The notes under the pieces: generated by a model
What the model saw: only the letters and a program-made list of their open reading frames with translations
What the model was told of the DNA's origin: nothing
The model's database searches: none
From: Nitrospirota bacterium
GTDB taxonomy: Bacteria > Nitrospirota > Thermodesulfovibrionia > Thermodesulfovibrionales > Dissulfurispiraceae
Assembly (NCBI GenBank): GCA_963710375.1
Contig: CAVPZX010000002.1
Location: 672,001 to 736,000, forward strand
DNA length: 64,000 nt
Reading direction: 5' to 3'
Shown here: piece by piece, positions 49,064-58,782 of the stretch
How positions within the stretch are numbered: the first letter of the stretch is position 1
How the letters are laid out: every line of letters begins with the position of its first letter
Position numbers and translations under genes: made by a program

Positions 49064-49888
49064 ATGGAAAGCGTAAACAGCGAAAAAAGGGAAAGGCCTT
49101 ATAAGATGACGGAAAAGAAGATTAAGTTTATTTTGATGACAGTATGTGTCGCTCTTGTCTTTCTTATGAGCGGTATGGCCTCTGCGGCGCTGACGGTAAC
49201 TGCAAACCATGATCACATAAAAATTGATTTCTTCTATCATGGCAGCACTGTCAGCATCAGGGGCGTTTCAGACCCTGGCACCGACCTTATTATAAAGATA
49301 ACCGCTCCCAGCAGCCATCAGTTGTTCAGGCAGAAGGGAAAAGTGGCAGGATTGTTATGGATGAACGTAGGGGAGTTGAAATTCGACAATGTGCCGTTGC
49401 TGTATTCTCTCCACTCTACGAAGAAAATCAGTGATATCCTGAGCAACGAGGAAAGGGACAAATACCAGATCGGGTACGACTCGATGGGCAAGCAGGCTGA
49501 AATACAACCGGTTGCAAATGAGACTGACAAGAAGAAATGGTTTAATGAGTTTGTCAAGTATCAGAAAGATTCCAAACTTTATGCCGAGTCGGAAGGCGAT
49601 GTGTCGCTTACCAGAAACGCAGGCGAACAGTATTATTATGTTTTGAGTCCTTGGCCTTACCAAGCTACGCCGGGTGAGTATACAGTTACTGTATATGCTA
49701 TCAAGGATAAGAAAGTCGTTGAAACTTCGGCAACTAAAGTGTGGGTGGAGCAGGTTGGTCTGGTAAAATCGTTTGCAGAAATGGCAAAAAACAGTGCTGC
49801 TTTATACGGCGCGATTTCGATAATTGCCGCGCTTGCGGCTGGTTTTGGAGTCGGGATTATATTCCGGAAGGGCGGAGGCGCACACTGA
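49064..49888 (+). CDS. TIGR02186-like membrane protein
   Basis: IKIDFFYHGS, KGKVAGLLWMN, C-terminal TM ending KGGGAH; GGAGG RBS. Confidence 0.75.
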   Translation: MESVNSEKRERPYKMTEKKIKFILMTVCVALVFLMSGMASAALTVTANHDHIKIDFFYHGSTVSIRGVSDPGTDLIIKITAPSSHQLFRQKGKVAGLLWMNVGELKFDNVPLLYSLHSTKKISDILSNEERDKYQIGYDSMGKQAEIQPVANETDKKKWFNEFVKYQKDSKLYAESEGDVSLTRNAGEQYYYVLSPWPYQATPGEYTVTVYAIKDKKVVETSATKVWVEQVGLVKSFAEMAKNSAALYGAISIIAALAAGFGVGIIFRKGGGAH

Positions 49889-49898
49889 GGATAATGAA

Positions 49899-49937
49899 TG
49901 GGCCAGGCGCCAGCGGGTACTGAGCGCCTGGCCCCAT
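49899..49937. terminator. Hairpin between convergent genes
   Basis: GGGCCAGGCGC ... GCGCCTGGCCC. Confidence 0.7.
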
Positions 49938-49960
49938 CTGCTTAAACTTATACTGCTTTA

Positions 49961-50572
49961 TTATCTTTCTTCGTGGCGATCCCGCTCCTCATGCCGCTTC
50001 TCGGTTTCGTGCTTTCCAGCTTCATGCTTGAGTTCTGGCTTGCCGGCGCGGGCCTTCGCCGCCCGATCACGTTCTATGCTGTTGATCCTCTCCTGCCGTG
50101 CGCTTGCCTCTCGCCTGTACCACTCCTGTCGGTCCCAGCTCCGCGTCCTCTCCCATTCCCGCCAATGAGCAAACACGTCGGCATAGTGTATCCTGAAGTA
50201 GCCGGCAGGAACAAAAAGCGGATAAGTTGGCGGCACGGCAATTATAGCCGGCGGCACGGCAGCAATCTGAAGGGGCCTCCATGTCCTGTGGTAGGACACA
50301 TACCAGTACCCTTGGTAGTAGCTATACCATAGGCCTTGGTAAAAATACATCCCAGCCACTCCCGGAACCATATATACATAGGCGGCGCCGGGTACAACTA
50401 TCAGGTCAGGCTGGGCCGGAACAGCAACAACCGGCGGCGCTGCCGGAGCCACTACCACTGCCGGGGGAGGCGGCACTGCGACTCCTATGTTTATGTCCAC
50501 CCTCTCTCCCGCCCATGCTGCGGGCACCAAACACACAAACAAAAACAAAACCATGCAAAGCATTCTTTTCAT
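49961..50572 (-). CDS. Secreted Pro/Val/Tyr-rich hypothetical protein
   Basis: Signal peptide AWA, VPPPPAVVV, YFYQGLWY, charged tail; AGGAGG RBS. Confidence 0.8.
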   Translation of the reverse strand: MKRMLCMVLFLFVCLVPAAWAGERVDINIGVAVPPPPAVVVAPAAPPVVAVPAQPDLIVVPGAAYVYMVPGVAGMYFYQGLWYSYYQGYWYVSYHRTWRPLQIAAVPPAIIAVPPTYPLFVPAGYFRIHYADVFAHWREWERTRSWDRQEWYRREASARQERINSIERDRAAKARAGKPELKHEAGKHETEKRHEERDRHEER

Positions 50573-50655
50573 AATGCTCCTCCTTTTAGTGATTTTCCCT
50601 GCTCACTTATCGTCATACATATTAGGCGGTATCTTTAAGTCTTTATAAGGCAAAA

Positions 50656-50698
50656 AGCCCGTAATCGGACTCGAGCCAACGACCTGCCGATTATGAAT
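50656..50698 (-). pseudogene. Degenerate tRNA 3'-half remnant (Thr-like)
   Basis: Minus strand TTCATAATCGGCAGGTCGTTGGCTCGAGTCCGATTACGGGCT; no 5' half. Confidence 0.55.
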
Positions 50699-50922
50699 TA
50701 ACCATAGTTGACGTTTATATCTTTTTGTTCTTACATTACTTTATTGCTAATAGCTACCGTTTTATTTTCCTATATTAACTATTTTTATCATTTAATTTCA
50801 AAACTGTCAGGAATAAAAACAGCGTGAAAACAAATTGACCAACTACCGGATTATTGCAATTCTATATAAATCTCTGTAACATTATGTATGATAACGGGAT
50901 ATTTAACTTTTAAGGCTCTTAC

Positions 50923-52155
50923 ATGAACGATATTAACGAAACAAAAAAGCAGCTTATAAATGAAGTGACGGAATCGCATAAACAAAATGCTGAACTGAGA
51001 AATGCTGTAGCATATCTGGGAATGGTTGGAAAAAAGATCACCGAACGCAACCATGCTGAGGACACGCTGAGAACGAGCGAGAGTCGCTACAAAACACTTG
51101 TTGATGCAGTAACCGATTGTATTTATACTGCTGAGATAGTGAATGGTCGTCCCGGAAGAATAACCGACATATCAAATTGCACTTCAGCCGCAGGATATAT
51201 GCGTGAAGAATATCTGGCCAATCCTGATCTCTTATATGAAATGGTATATGAAGAGGACAGATATGATGCAGACAAACAGGTTCAAACCCTGATCGCAAAA
51301 GGGTCATGCAACCCGATTGAACACAGGGTCATTCATAAGGACGGCTCTGTCAAGTGGGTAAAGAGGACACTTGTTCCCGAGTACAATGAAACCGGGGAGC
51401 TTGTGGCATATGATGGTCTTATAAGCGATATTACACGCCAAAAAGAGACAGAATCGAGACTCATCCAGTCTCAGACTATATCTTCTTTAGGCGTATTGTC
51501 AGCCGGAGTCGCTCATGAAATAAAGAATCCTCTCTCAATCATCCTTCAGGGGATAGAATTTTTGGAAATTTCATTATCAAAAGAAGGGGTTAATGATGTC
51601 TTGGCGATGATGAAAGATGCAGTTTTCAGGGCAAGCAGAATAACTAAAGACCTGTTGACTTTTTCAAGAGAGAACACGCCTGCACTGGAGGAAATTGATT
51701 TAGCGCAGGTTATAAATGAAACAATGTCATTGGTTGATCACATCTTCAGCCTTAAACAGATAAGAATTGTCAGAAACTTTTCACCTGATCTGCCCAAAGT
51801 CAAAGTAGACTCTAACCAGATGAAACAAGTCTTTATCAATCTGTTGACAAATGCTGCGGAGGCAATGCCTGAGGGTGGGACAATCACAATCGCCGCTGCC
51901 GGCTCCAAAAATTTTCATAACAAGAAAATTCTGCGAATTTCAATTATCGATACCGGCTGCGGCATTTCCAAAGATGACAAACAGAGGGCTTTTGATCCGT
52001 TTTATACTACCAAAAAAAAATCCGGCGGAACTGGATTAGGACTATCGGTTGTAAAAGGCATCATTGAAAAACATAAGGGTGACATAAGAATAGAAGGTGA
52101 ACCTGGCAAGGGCACAAGTGTAATTATTGAGCTTCCATATTGGGAAGCAAAATAA
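50923..52155 (+). CDS. Cytoplasmic PAS histidine kinase
   Basis: EHRVIHKDGSVKW, AHEIKNPL, GTGLGL. Confidence 0.93.
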   Translation: MNDINETKKQLINEVTESHKQNAELRNAVAYLGMVGKKITERNHAEDTLRTSESRYKTLVDAVTDCIYTAEIVNGRPGRITDISNCTSAAGYMREEYLANPDLLYEMVYEEDRYDADKQVQTLIAKGSCNPIEHRVIHKDGSVKWVKRTLVPEYNETGELVAYDGLISDITRQKETESRLIQSQTISSLGVLSAGVAHEIKNPLSIILQGIEFLEISLSKEGVNDVLAMMKDAVFRASRITKDLLTFSRENTPALEEIDLAQVINETMSLVDHIFSLKQIRIVRNFSPDLPKVKVDSNQMKQVFINLLTNAAEAMPEGGTITIAAAGSKNFHNKKILRISIIDTGCGISKDDKQRAFDPFYTTKKKSGGTGLGLSVVKGIIEKHKGDIRIEGEPGKGTSVIIELPYWEAK

Positions 52156-52170
52156 AACAGGAGGTCACAG

Positions 52171-52590
52171 ATGGGCGGGAAGGCAATAAAAAAGAAGATT
52201 TTACTTGTTGACGATGAGGCCAGCTTTTGTGCACTCTTGAAGTTGAACCTTGAGAAAAGGGGGCTTTTTGAAGTATTAACGACGTCAAATCCGCATGTCG
52301 TGGTAAAACTTGCCAAAGAAAATCAACCTGACCTGATTTTACTTGATATTTTAATGCCTGAAATGGATGGCATGACTGTGGCTGCCGGACTGAAGGGAAA
52401 TAAATACACAGAGGATATACCGATAGCATTCCTAACGGCCCTGGCAGATGAAGAGGAGGTCAGAAATATTAAATATCATACCGGTGATAAATATATTCTT
52501 TCAAAACTTGGCACTAATGAAGAGCTCATGACATCCGTAGCCAAGATATTAACAACCAACGCAAGCGGTAAAAAATCTCAGTTCGAGTGA
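52171..52590 (+). CDS. Single-domain response regulator
   Basis: ILLVDDE, LLDILMPEMDG, FLTA. Confidence 0.92.
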   Translation: MGGKAIKKKILLVDDEASFCALLKLNLEKRGLFEVLTTSNPHVVVKLAKENQPDLILLDILMPEMDGMTVAAGLKGNKYTEDIPIAFLTALADEEEVRNIKYHTGDKYILSKLGTNEELMTSVAKILTTNASGKKSQFE

Positions 52591-52700
52591 AACAAAACAA
52601 TCTCTCCCTTGAAGATAAGATTGCTCTGCCCTGAGAGTTGTAACCCGAGGGAGCAGCCCTAGAAGCGAATAAAAATGAAAAAATTCCTTATGAAAAATCA

Positions 52701-53669
52701 ATGGTGAAAGAACCGTTTGATATGAAAGAGAACAGTCAGGACCCGACGCTTTATGCGGCGGCTGATCTGGGTTCGAACAGTTTCCATGTGATTATAGCGC
52801 GGTGCACAAAGGACAGATTTACCGTTATCAACCGGGCCCGGGTAGTTGTGCGCCTCGCGGAAGGCATCGAAAAAGGGAATGGCCTTGAGATCGGGACTCA
52901 GCAGCGTGCCTTTGAGGCACTCCGCCATTTTCGAGTGCTCCTGCTGAAAGTACCTTCTTGCAATGTCCGTGTTGTCGGCACCAGCGCTCTTCGCCAACTT
53001 TCTGATAAGGAGAGTTTCGTAAGAGTTGCCGCTGATATCCTTGGCCTGCCGATTGACATCATTACTGGCAAGGAGGAGGCACGCCTCATCAACCTTGGGG
53101 TTGCCAGTACTATGAAAAACCAGGATGCCGCCCGGTTGATTGTGGATATCGGTGGCGGCAGTACTGAGATTATAGTTGGAAAAGACACAACCATTATCGC
53201 TGCCGAGAGCCTGCCGATGGGGTGTGTGACTTTCAGCAAGCGTTTCTTCCCCAAAGCAAAGATATCACCGAGGCTATTTAACCGGGCCCAGGCTGCTGCC
53301 AGGGCTCTGCTGGAGACGGTCATGGACAGTTTCAGCGGTGTCACATGGCTGGATGTCCTCGGCACCTCCGGCACAATCAAAACTACGCGAAAGGTGATCA
53401 ATTACCAGGGACTGGGCGACAAAGAGATTAGTGTGGCTGCCCTGGACAGCCTGATCGACACGGTAGTCAGTGCCGGTCATCTGGACAACCTCCTTAAGAT
53501 CAGGGGTCTCACTCAGGACCGTGCACCTGTATTTCCAGGTGGACTTGCGATTCTTAGGAGCATCATGAGCCGCTTTGCGATTAAAAGCATGAAGGTTTCA
53601 AAGACGGCCATGAGAGAGGGTATAATCGTTAACCTCTTACATAAAGAAAGACCTGAAAGTTTCACATAG
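52701..53669 (+). CDS. ppx: Ppx/GppA exopolyphosphatase (short form)
   Basis: DLGSNSFH, GTSALR, EEARL, DIGGGSTE, MREG. Confidence 0.9.
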   Translation: MVKEPFDMKENSQDPTLYAAADLGSNSFHVIIARCTKDRFTVINRARVVVRLAEGIEKGNGLEIGTQQRAFEALRHFRVLLLKVPSCNVRVVGTSALRQLSDKESFVRVAADILGLPIDIITGKEEARLINLGVASTMKNQDAARLIVDIGGGSTEIIVGKDTTIIAAESLPMGCVTFSKRFFPKAKISPRLFNRAQAAARALLETVMDSFSGVTWLDVLGTSGTIKTTRKVINYQGLGDKEISVAALDSLIDTVVSAGHLDNLLKIRGLTQDRAPVFPGGLAILRSIMSRFAIKSMKVSKTAMREGIIVNLLHKERPESFT

Positions 53670-53680
53670 TCCACAATATT

Positions 53681-53847
53681 CATAAATTTATACAAGGAGC
53701 AGGCGGGACATGGTGCTGAGCGGACTTTGACAGCCTTAGTGACACCAAGGATGGTGACACAGGCTGGCATAGCCTCGGAGCAAGGCTGGACGCCTTGCGA
53801 GAATGAGTGAAGCACTGTGGCCTGACTACTCCTTGTATAAATTTATG
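53681..53847. mobile_element. 167-bp element bounded by perfect 19-bp inverted repeats
   Basis: CATAAATTTATACAAGGAG / CTCCTTGTATAAATTTATG. Confidence 0.65.
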
Positions 53848-53849
53848 GG

Positions 53850-55964
53850 TCAGGCTTCCCCTATAGTGCCTGAGTATTTCTCCAGAAGAGCGGTCTGTAC
53901 GGAAAATGGTTCTGCGGTGCCAGGTTCAAGTTTTCGATAAGTTCCGTCGCTTTGTAGAATCCAGGTCTGGGAATTGTCTTTAAGATAGTATTCGAGATCT
54001 TCAATGAGCCGCTGGCGAAGTTCTGACCGCTCAACGGGGAAGCAGGTTTCGACGCGGCGAAAGAAGTTTCGCACCATCCAGTCAGCGCTGCAACAAAACA
54101 ACTCCGGCTTACCGCCGTTATGAAAATAGAGAACACGGGTGTGCTCGAGAAAACGCCCGACAACCGAGCGTACCGTTATGTTCTCAGATATTCCCGGCAT
54201 GCCAGGTCTAAGGCTGCACGTACTCCTTACTATAAGCTGGATCTGTACTCCTGCCCTTGATGCCCTGTACAGGGCCTGAATTATGCCAGGTTCTGTGAGG
54301 TGATTGAGTTTAGCGATGATACGCGCCGGCTGCCCCTTCTCTGCGTGGAGCGTTTCACGCTCTATTTTGGACAGTAATGCATCGTGGAGAGAAAATGGGG
54401 CATCGAAAAGTTTTTTGAGTTTTCCGACCTTACCGAGACTTGTCAATTGGAGAAAGAGATGGTGGACATCCTCCGTAATTTCCCTATCGCATGTGAAGAA
54501 GCTATAGTCAGTATATAACCTCGACGTCCGCGCATGATAATTGCCCGTTCCCAGATGCACATAATTCCGTATGTCCCCCTCTTCCCTCCTCACCACGAGG
54601 ATCATTTTCGCGTGCGTTTTGTAGCCCACAACACCGTAGGTTATATGGGCGCCGGCATCTTCAAGGCGGTTCGAAAGCGCAATGTTTGCCTCCTCGTCAA
54701 AACGCGCCTTGAGTTCAATAACAACAGTCACCTCTTTGCCAGCTCTCGCCGCTGCTACAAGGGCTTCAACGATTGCAGATTCGGGTCCTGTGCGGTAAAG
54801 GGTCTGCTTGATGGCAAGGACCTCGGGGTCACGTGCGGCTTCGGCTACAAAATCGATAACAGGGACGAATGATTCAAATGGGTGATGGAGGAGGATATCT
54901 TTTTCCCGGATCCGTTCAAACATATTAATCTTCCTCGCTATTTTCCGAGGTATCTTTGGCGTAAACGTACGGTATTTTAGGTCAGGACGGTCCAACAAGT
55001 CGTACACTGCCATAAGCCTGTGCAGATTCACCGGGCCGTCAACCTGAAAAAGGTCATCTTCAGTCAACTCAAATTTGTCGAGGAGGAAGGATATTATATC
55101 TGTCGAACAATTATCAGCCACTTCCAGGCGCACAGCATCACCATACCTGCGGGACAGGAGTTCTCCCTCAAGTGCCCCCCGGAGGTCGGCGATCTCCTCC
55201 TCGTCCAGGTAAAGCTCGCTGTTTCTCGTCACCCTGAACTGGTAGCATCCGACCACCTCCATCCGCGGGAACAGGTCACCGATGAATTCATGGATTATTG
55301 AAGACAAAAAAACAAAATCACTCGGACCGCTTCCCGTCTCATTTTGAGGCAGTTTGATCACCCGAGGCACAGACCTCGGGGCCTGAACAACCGCCATGCC
55401 GCCTTTCCGGCCAAAAGCGTCTTTCCCTTTGAGGGCCACAATAAAATTGAGTCCTTTGTTGAGAATACGCGGAAAGGGATGTGCGGGATCAAGACCGACC
55501 GGGCTCAGTATGGGCATCACATGATTAACGTGGGCGCGCAGCCACTCTCTTTGCCTTGTAGTCCAGTCCGTTCTGGGAAGCAACCTGATTCCCTCTTTGG
55601 AAAGAGCCGGGACCAACACTTCATTGAAGACCCGGAACTGCTCGGCAACCAGTGCATGAGAGCGGACAGCAATTTCCCTGATTATGTCAGCAGGCGCAAT
55701 GTTGTCCGGACCTGCCTGAACTGATCCTGAAGCGATTTTCTGCTTAAGGCCGGCAACTTTTATTTCAAAGAATTCATCATGATTGGTGTCCGTTATGCAA
55801 AGGAATTTCAACCTCTCGAGGAGGGGATTTCCCAAATCGGTCGCCTGCGCAAGGACGCGAAAGTTGAATTCAAGCTGGCTTAGTTGCCAGTTGATAAACA
55901 GCTCCGGTCGTGCCAGCGTGACCTCTTTAGCCTTAGGGTGCGTCGTTTTTGTTGACTTCATCAT
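53850..55964 (-). CDS. ppk1: Polyphosphate kinase 1
   Basis: DPAHPFP, HHPFESF, IKQTLYR, KARFDE, KTHAK, GRFLEH, SADWM. Confidence 0.96.
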   Translation of the reverse strand: MMKSTKTTHPKAKEVTLARPELFINWQLSQLEFNFRVLAQATDLGNPLLERLKFLCITDTNHDEFFEIKVAGLKQKIASGSVQAGPDNIAPADIIREIAVRSHALVAEQFRVFNEVLVPALSKEGIRLLPRTDWTTRQREWLRAHVNHVMPILSPVGLDPAHPFPRILNKGLNFIVALKGKDAFGRKGGMAVVQAPRSVPRVIKLPQNETGSGPSDFVFLSSIIHEFIGDLFPRMEVVGCYQFRVTRNSELYLDEEEIADLRGALEGELLSRRYGDAVRLEVADNCSTDIISFLLDKFELTEDDLFQVDGPVNLHRLMAVYDLLDRPDLKYRTFTPKIPRKIARKINMFERIREKDILLHHPFESFVPVIDFVAEAARDPEVLAIKQTLYRTGPESAIVEALVAAARAGKEVTVVIELKARFDEEANIALSNRLEDAGAHITYGVVGYKTHAKMILVVRREEGDIRNYVHLGTGNYHARTSRLYTDYSFFTCDREITEDVHHLFLQLTSLGKVGKLKKLFDAPFSLHDALLSKIERETLHAEKGQPARIIAKLNHLTEPGIIQALYRASRAGVQIQLIVRSTCSLRPGMPGISENITVRSVVGRFLEHTRVLYFHNGGKPELFCCSADWMVRNFFRRVETCFPVERSELRQRLIEDLEYYLKDNSQTWILQSDGTYRKLEPGTAEPFSVQTALLEKYSGTIGEA

Positions 55965-56061
55965 ATTTATTAAAATGCCTCCCTCAAGAGTTTATCATGA
56001 CCGGCAGCGTATAATTGTACCACATCAGGATTTGACAAATTAATTATAATCTGTTACTGTT

Positions 56062-56080
56062 GATAACAGATATCATTATC
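56062..56080. promoter_or_regulatory. Fur box upstream of fur
   Basis: GATAACAGATATCATTATC, 14/19 to GATAATGATAATCATTATC. Confidence 0.65.
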
Positions 56081-56092
56081 GAGAAAACATAT

Positions 56093-56524
56093 ATGGTTAT
56101 AAACGACGCCAAGGAAATTTTCAGAAACTACATAAAGGAAAAGGGGCTGCGCAGCACCCGGCAAAGAGAGGAAATTCTCGATGCATTCTTTTCAGCCGAA
56201 AAACATATAACCGCTGAAGAACTGTTTGCCGCGATAAGAGTGAAAAATCCTGCGATAGGTTACGCGACCGTCCACCGCAATTTGTGCCTGCTGCGTGAAT
56301 GCGGCCTGGCTGACGAAATAAAGATAGGCAAACAAAAAACCAGATATGAACCTAAATTCGGACAAAAGCACCATGACCATCTTATCTGTTTAAAATGCGG
56401 GCGGTTCATCGAGGTCAATGACAATAAGATAGAAAAACTTCAGGAAAAACTCACAGAAGCAAACGATTTTATCCCGGTCAGACATAAGCTGGAGATATAC
56501 GGCATCTGCAAAAAGTGTAGATAA
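56093..56524 (+). CDS. fur: Ferric uptake regulator
   Basis: TRQR, IGYATVHR, HHDHLICLKC, YGICKKC. Confidence 0.93.
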   Translation: MVINDAKEIFRNYIKEKGLRSTRQREEILDAFFSAEKHITAEELFAAIRVKNPAIGYATVHRNLCLLRECGLADEIKIGKQKTRYEPKFGQKHHDHLICLKCGRFIEVNDNKIEKLQEKLTEANDFIPVRHKLEIYGICKKCR

Positions 56525-56540
56525 TTTTTTAGTCTTATAG

Positions 56541-56555
56541 TGATAATGAATATCA
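56541..56555. promoter_or_regulatory. Fur box (7-1-7) upstream of feoB
   Basis: TGATAAT-G-AATATCA. Confidence 0.7.
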
Positions 56556-56590
56556 GTATTGAAATTAATCTTCCGGATAAAAGGCGGTAA

Positions 56591-58588
56591 TTGGAAATGA
56601 GTCTATTTAGAAAAAATAAATCGTGTCATGGGCCACAATCCGGGTCACATGCATGCAAAAGGAAGGTGGCGTTGATTGGCAACCCAAATGTGGGGAAGAG
56701 CGTCCTTTTTAATGCCCTTACCGGCGCCTATGTAACCGTATCCAATTATCCCGGGACCTCGGTCGAGGTATCGAGGGGCGCGGCCACAATCGCAGGACAG
56801 CTGTTTGAGATCATCGATACACCGGGAATGTATTCTCTACTTCCGATAACAGAGGAAGAACGCGTGGCAAGAGAGATACTTATAAGGGAATCTCCAGATA
56901 TTGTTATTCACGTCCTCGATGCGAGAAACCTGGAGCGCATGCTGCCCATGACTCTCCAACTGATCGAGGCCGGTCTGCCGGTCATACTGGTAGTTAATAT
57001 CATGGATGAAGCAGAGCGTATGGGGCTCAATATCGATATATCGCTGCTTGGGAAAAGACTCGGCATTCCGGTCATAGGCGCGGCGACAGTGAAAAAAAAG
57101 GGTGTTCCTGAAATAAGGGATACCCTCGTCAATTTTGCTTCTGAAAAACATGCCGATTTCAGTTACAACAAAAGACTCGAAAACGACATAGCGGAGATCG
57201 CAGCATTACTGAACGGACATTACAGGCTGTCTGCCAAATCCATTGCCCTGCTCCTGCTTCAAAGGGACGATGAAATTGCCCGGCTGGTGAAGGATACTGA
57301 AGGAGCCGGCTATCAGATATTGGAAGGCAAGGTCAAAGACAAGATATTTGAGCGCAGGACGTCCTTTCATCAGGACCTCTCGATGGACAGACGAAGGATC
57401 ATAAAAGGGCTGATAAGGGATGTTTTCAGCGCACCGGATAAAATGAAAATTACTTTGAACGAAAAGATATCCCGCTGGACGGTCGGGCCGCTGACAGGGA
57501 TCCCGATCCTTTTAATTGTGCTATATTTTGGTCTCTATAAGTTTGTCGGCGTTTTCGGCGCAGGCACAGTGGTGGATCTGGTGGAACAAAAGTTTTTTGA
57601 GGGGTTTTTCAACCCCTGGATTACTGGAGTAGTTAAGCATTTGATCCCCTGGGAGGTGATGCAGGAACTATTCGTAGGAGAATATGGCGTCATTACCTTG
57701 GGAATACGATATGCAATCGGTATCATATTACCTATTGTGTCTACATTTTTCCTCTTCTTCTCAATACTGGAAGACAGCGGCTATTTCCCAAGGCTGGCCC
57801 TCCTTGTGGACCGGCTCTTCAAACTAATCGGGCTCACCGGCCGGGCCGTAATACCAATGGTGCTCGGCTTCGGCTGCGACACTATGGCTACCATGGTCAC
57901 AAGGACCCTCGAGACAGTGAGGGAAAGGGTACTGGCAACCCTTCTGCTCGCACTTGCCATCCCCTGCTCCGCACAGTTGGGGGTCATACTCGCCCTGTTG
58001 TCAAAAACACGCGGGGCACTGCTCGTTTGGGCGGCATTCATGCTGCTGATCTTCGTGGTGGTCGGGTACCTCGCTGCAAGGGTGCTGCCTGGTGAAACAC
58101 CGGTGTTCTATATGGAGTTGCCTCCAATAAGGCTTCCACAGTTGTCCAACATCCTGACAAAAACATATACCAGAATGCAGTGGTACTTTTTGGAGATACT
58201 CCCGCTGTTTATTTTAATCTCCGTGATTCTCTGGCTTGGGAAAATTACACATCTCTTTGAAAAGGCTGTGGCGTTCATGAGCCCTGTCATGGCATCCATC
58301 GGACTACCAAGGGAAACTGCCGTAGCGTTTATTTTCGGGTTTTTCAGACGGGATTACGGTGCAGCAGGGCTTTTCGATCTTCAGGAAAAAGGCTTGCTCA
58401 ATCCTCGTCAACTAACTGTTGCAGCAGTTACACTGACCATTTTTATTCCGTGTGTGGCACAGGTCCTGATCATGAAAAGAGAACGCGGCATGAAAACAAC
58501 ATTAATGATAGTAGCTTTTGTCAGCGCCATGGCATACGGAAGTGGGTATCTTCTGAATAAATTTATTCTTATGACTGGGATAATATAA
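56591..58588 (+). CDS. feoB: Ferrous iron transporter B
   Basis: GNPNVGKS, VSNYPGT, DTPG, LEDSGY, LGFGC, MELP. Confidence 0.96.
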   Translation: MEMSLFRKNKSCHGPQSGSHACKRKVALIGNPNVGKSVLFNALTGAYVTVSNYPGTSVEVSRGAATIAGQLFEIIDTPGMYSLLPITEEERVAREILIRESPDIVIHVLDARNLERMLPMTLQLIEAGLPVILVVNIMDEAERMGLNIDISLLGKRLGIPVIGAATVKKKGVPEIRDTLVNFASEKHADFSYNKRLENDIAEIAALLNGHYRLSAKSIALLLLQRDDEIARLVKDTEGAGYQILEGKVKDKIFERRTSFHQDLSMDRRRIIKGLIRDVFSAPDKMKITLNEKISRWTVGPLTGIPILLIVLYFGLYKFVGVFGAGTVVDLVEQKFFEGFFNPWITGVVKHLIPWEVMQELFVGEYGVITLGIRYAIGIILPIVSTFFLFFSILEDSGYFPRLALLVDRLFKLIGLTGRAVIPMVLGFGCDTMATMVTRTLETVRERVLATLLLALAIPCSAQLGVILALLSKTRGALLVWAAFMLLIFVVVGYLAARVLPGETPVFYMELPPIRLPQLSNILTKTYTRMQWYFLEILPLFILISVILWLGKITHLFEKAVAFMSPVMASIGLPRETAVAFIFGFFRRDYGAAGLFDLQEKGLLNPRQLTVAAVTLTIFIPCVAQVLIMKRERGMKTTLMIVAFVSAMAYGSGYLLNKFILMTGII

Positions 58589-58782
58589 TGCGCTGCGGTT
58601 TTTGCGGCTTTGAGTTTAAAGAGGAAGAGGGCTTTACGGGATGCAAAAACTGCCCGATGTCTTCCAGATGCAAAATGGTAAAATGTCCCAGGTGCAACTA
58701 CGAAAACCCGCCTGAGCCTAAAGTGGTAAAACGGATAAAAAACATTTTTAAAAAAAACTCGGCGAAAGGAGGAAATGAATGA
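58588..58782 (+). CDS. Small Cys-rich feo-associated protein
   Basis: CGFC, CKNC, CPRC; start overlaps the feoB stop. Confidence 0.8.
   Translation: MRCGFCGFEFKEEEGFTGCKNCPMSSRCKMVKCPRCNYENPPEPKVVKRIKNIFKKNSAKGGNE

Noticed and set aside
50656..50698. Functional tRNA-Met(CAT)
   Set aside because: 5' half and CCA are absent and the T-loop is damaged.
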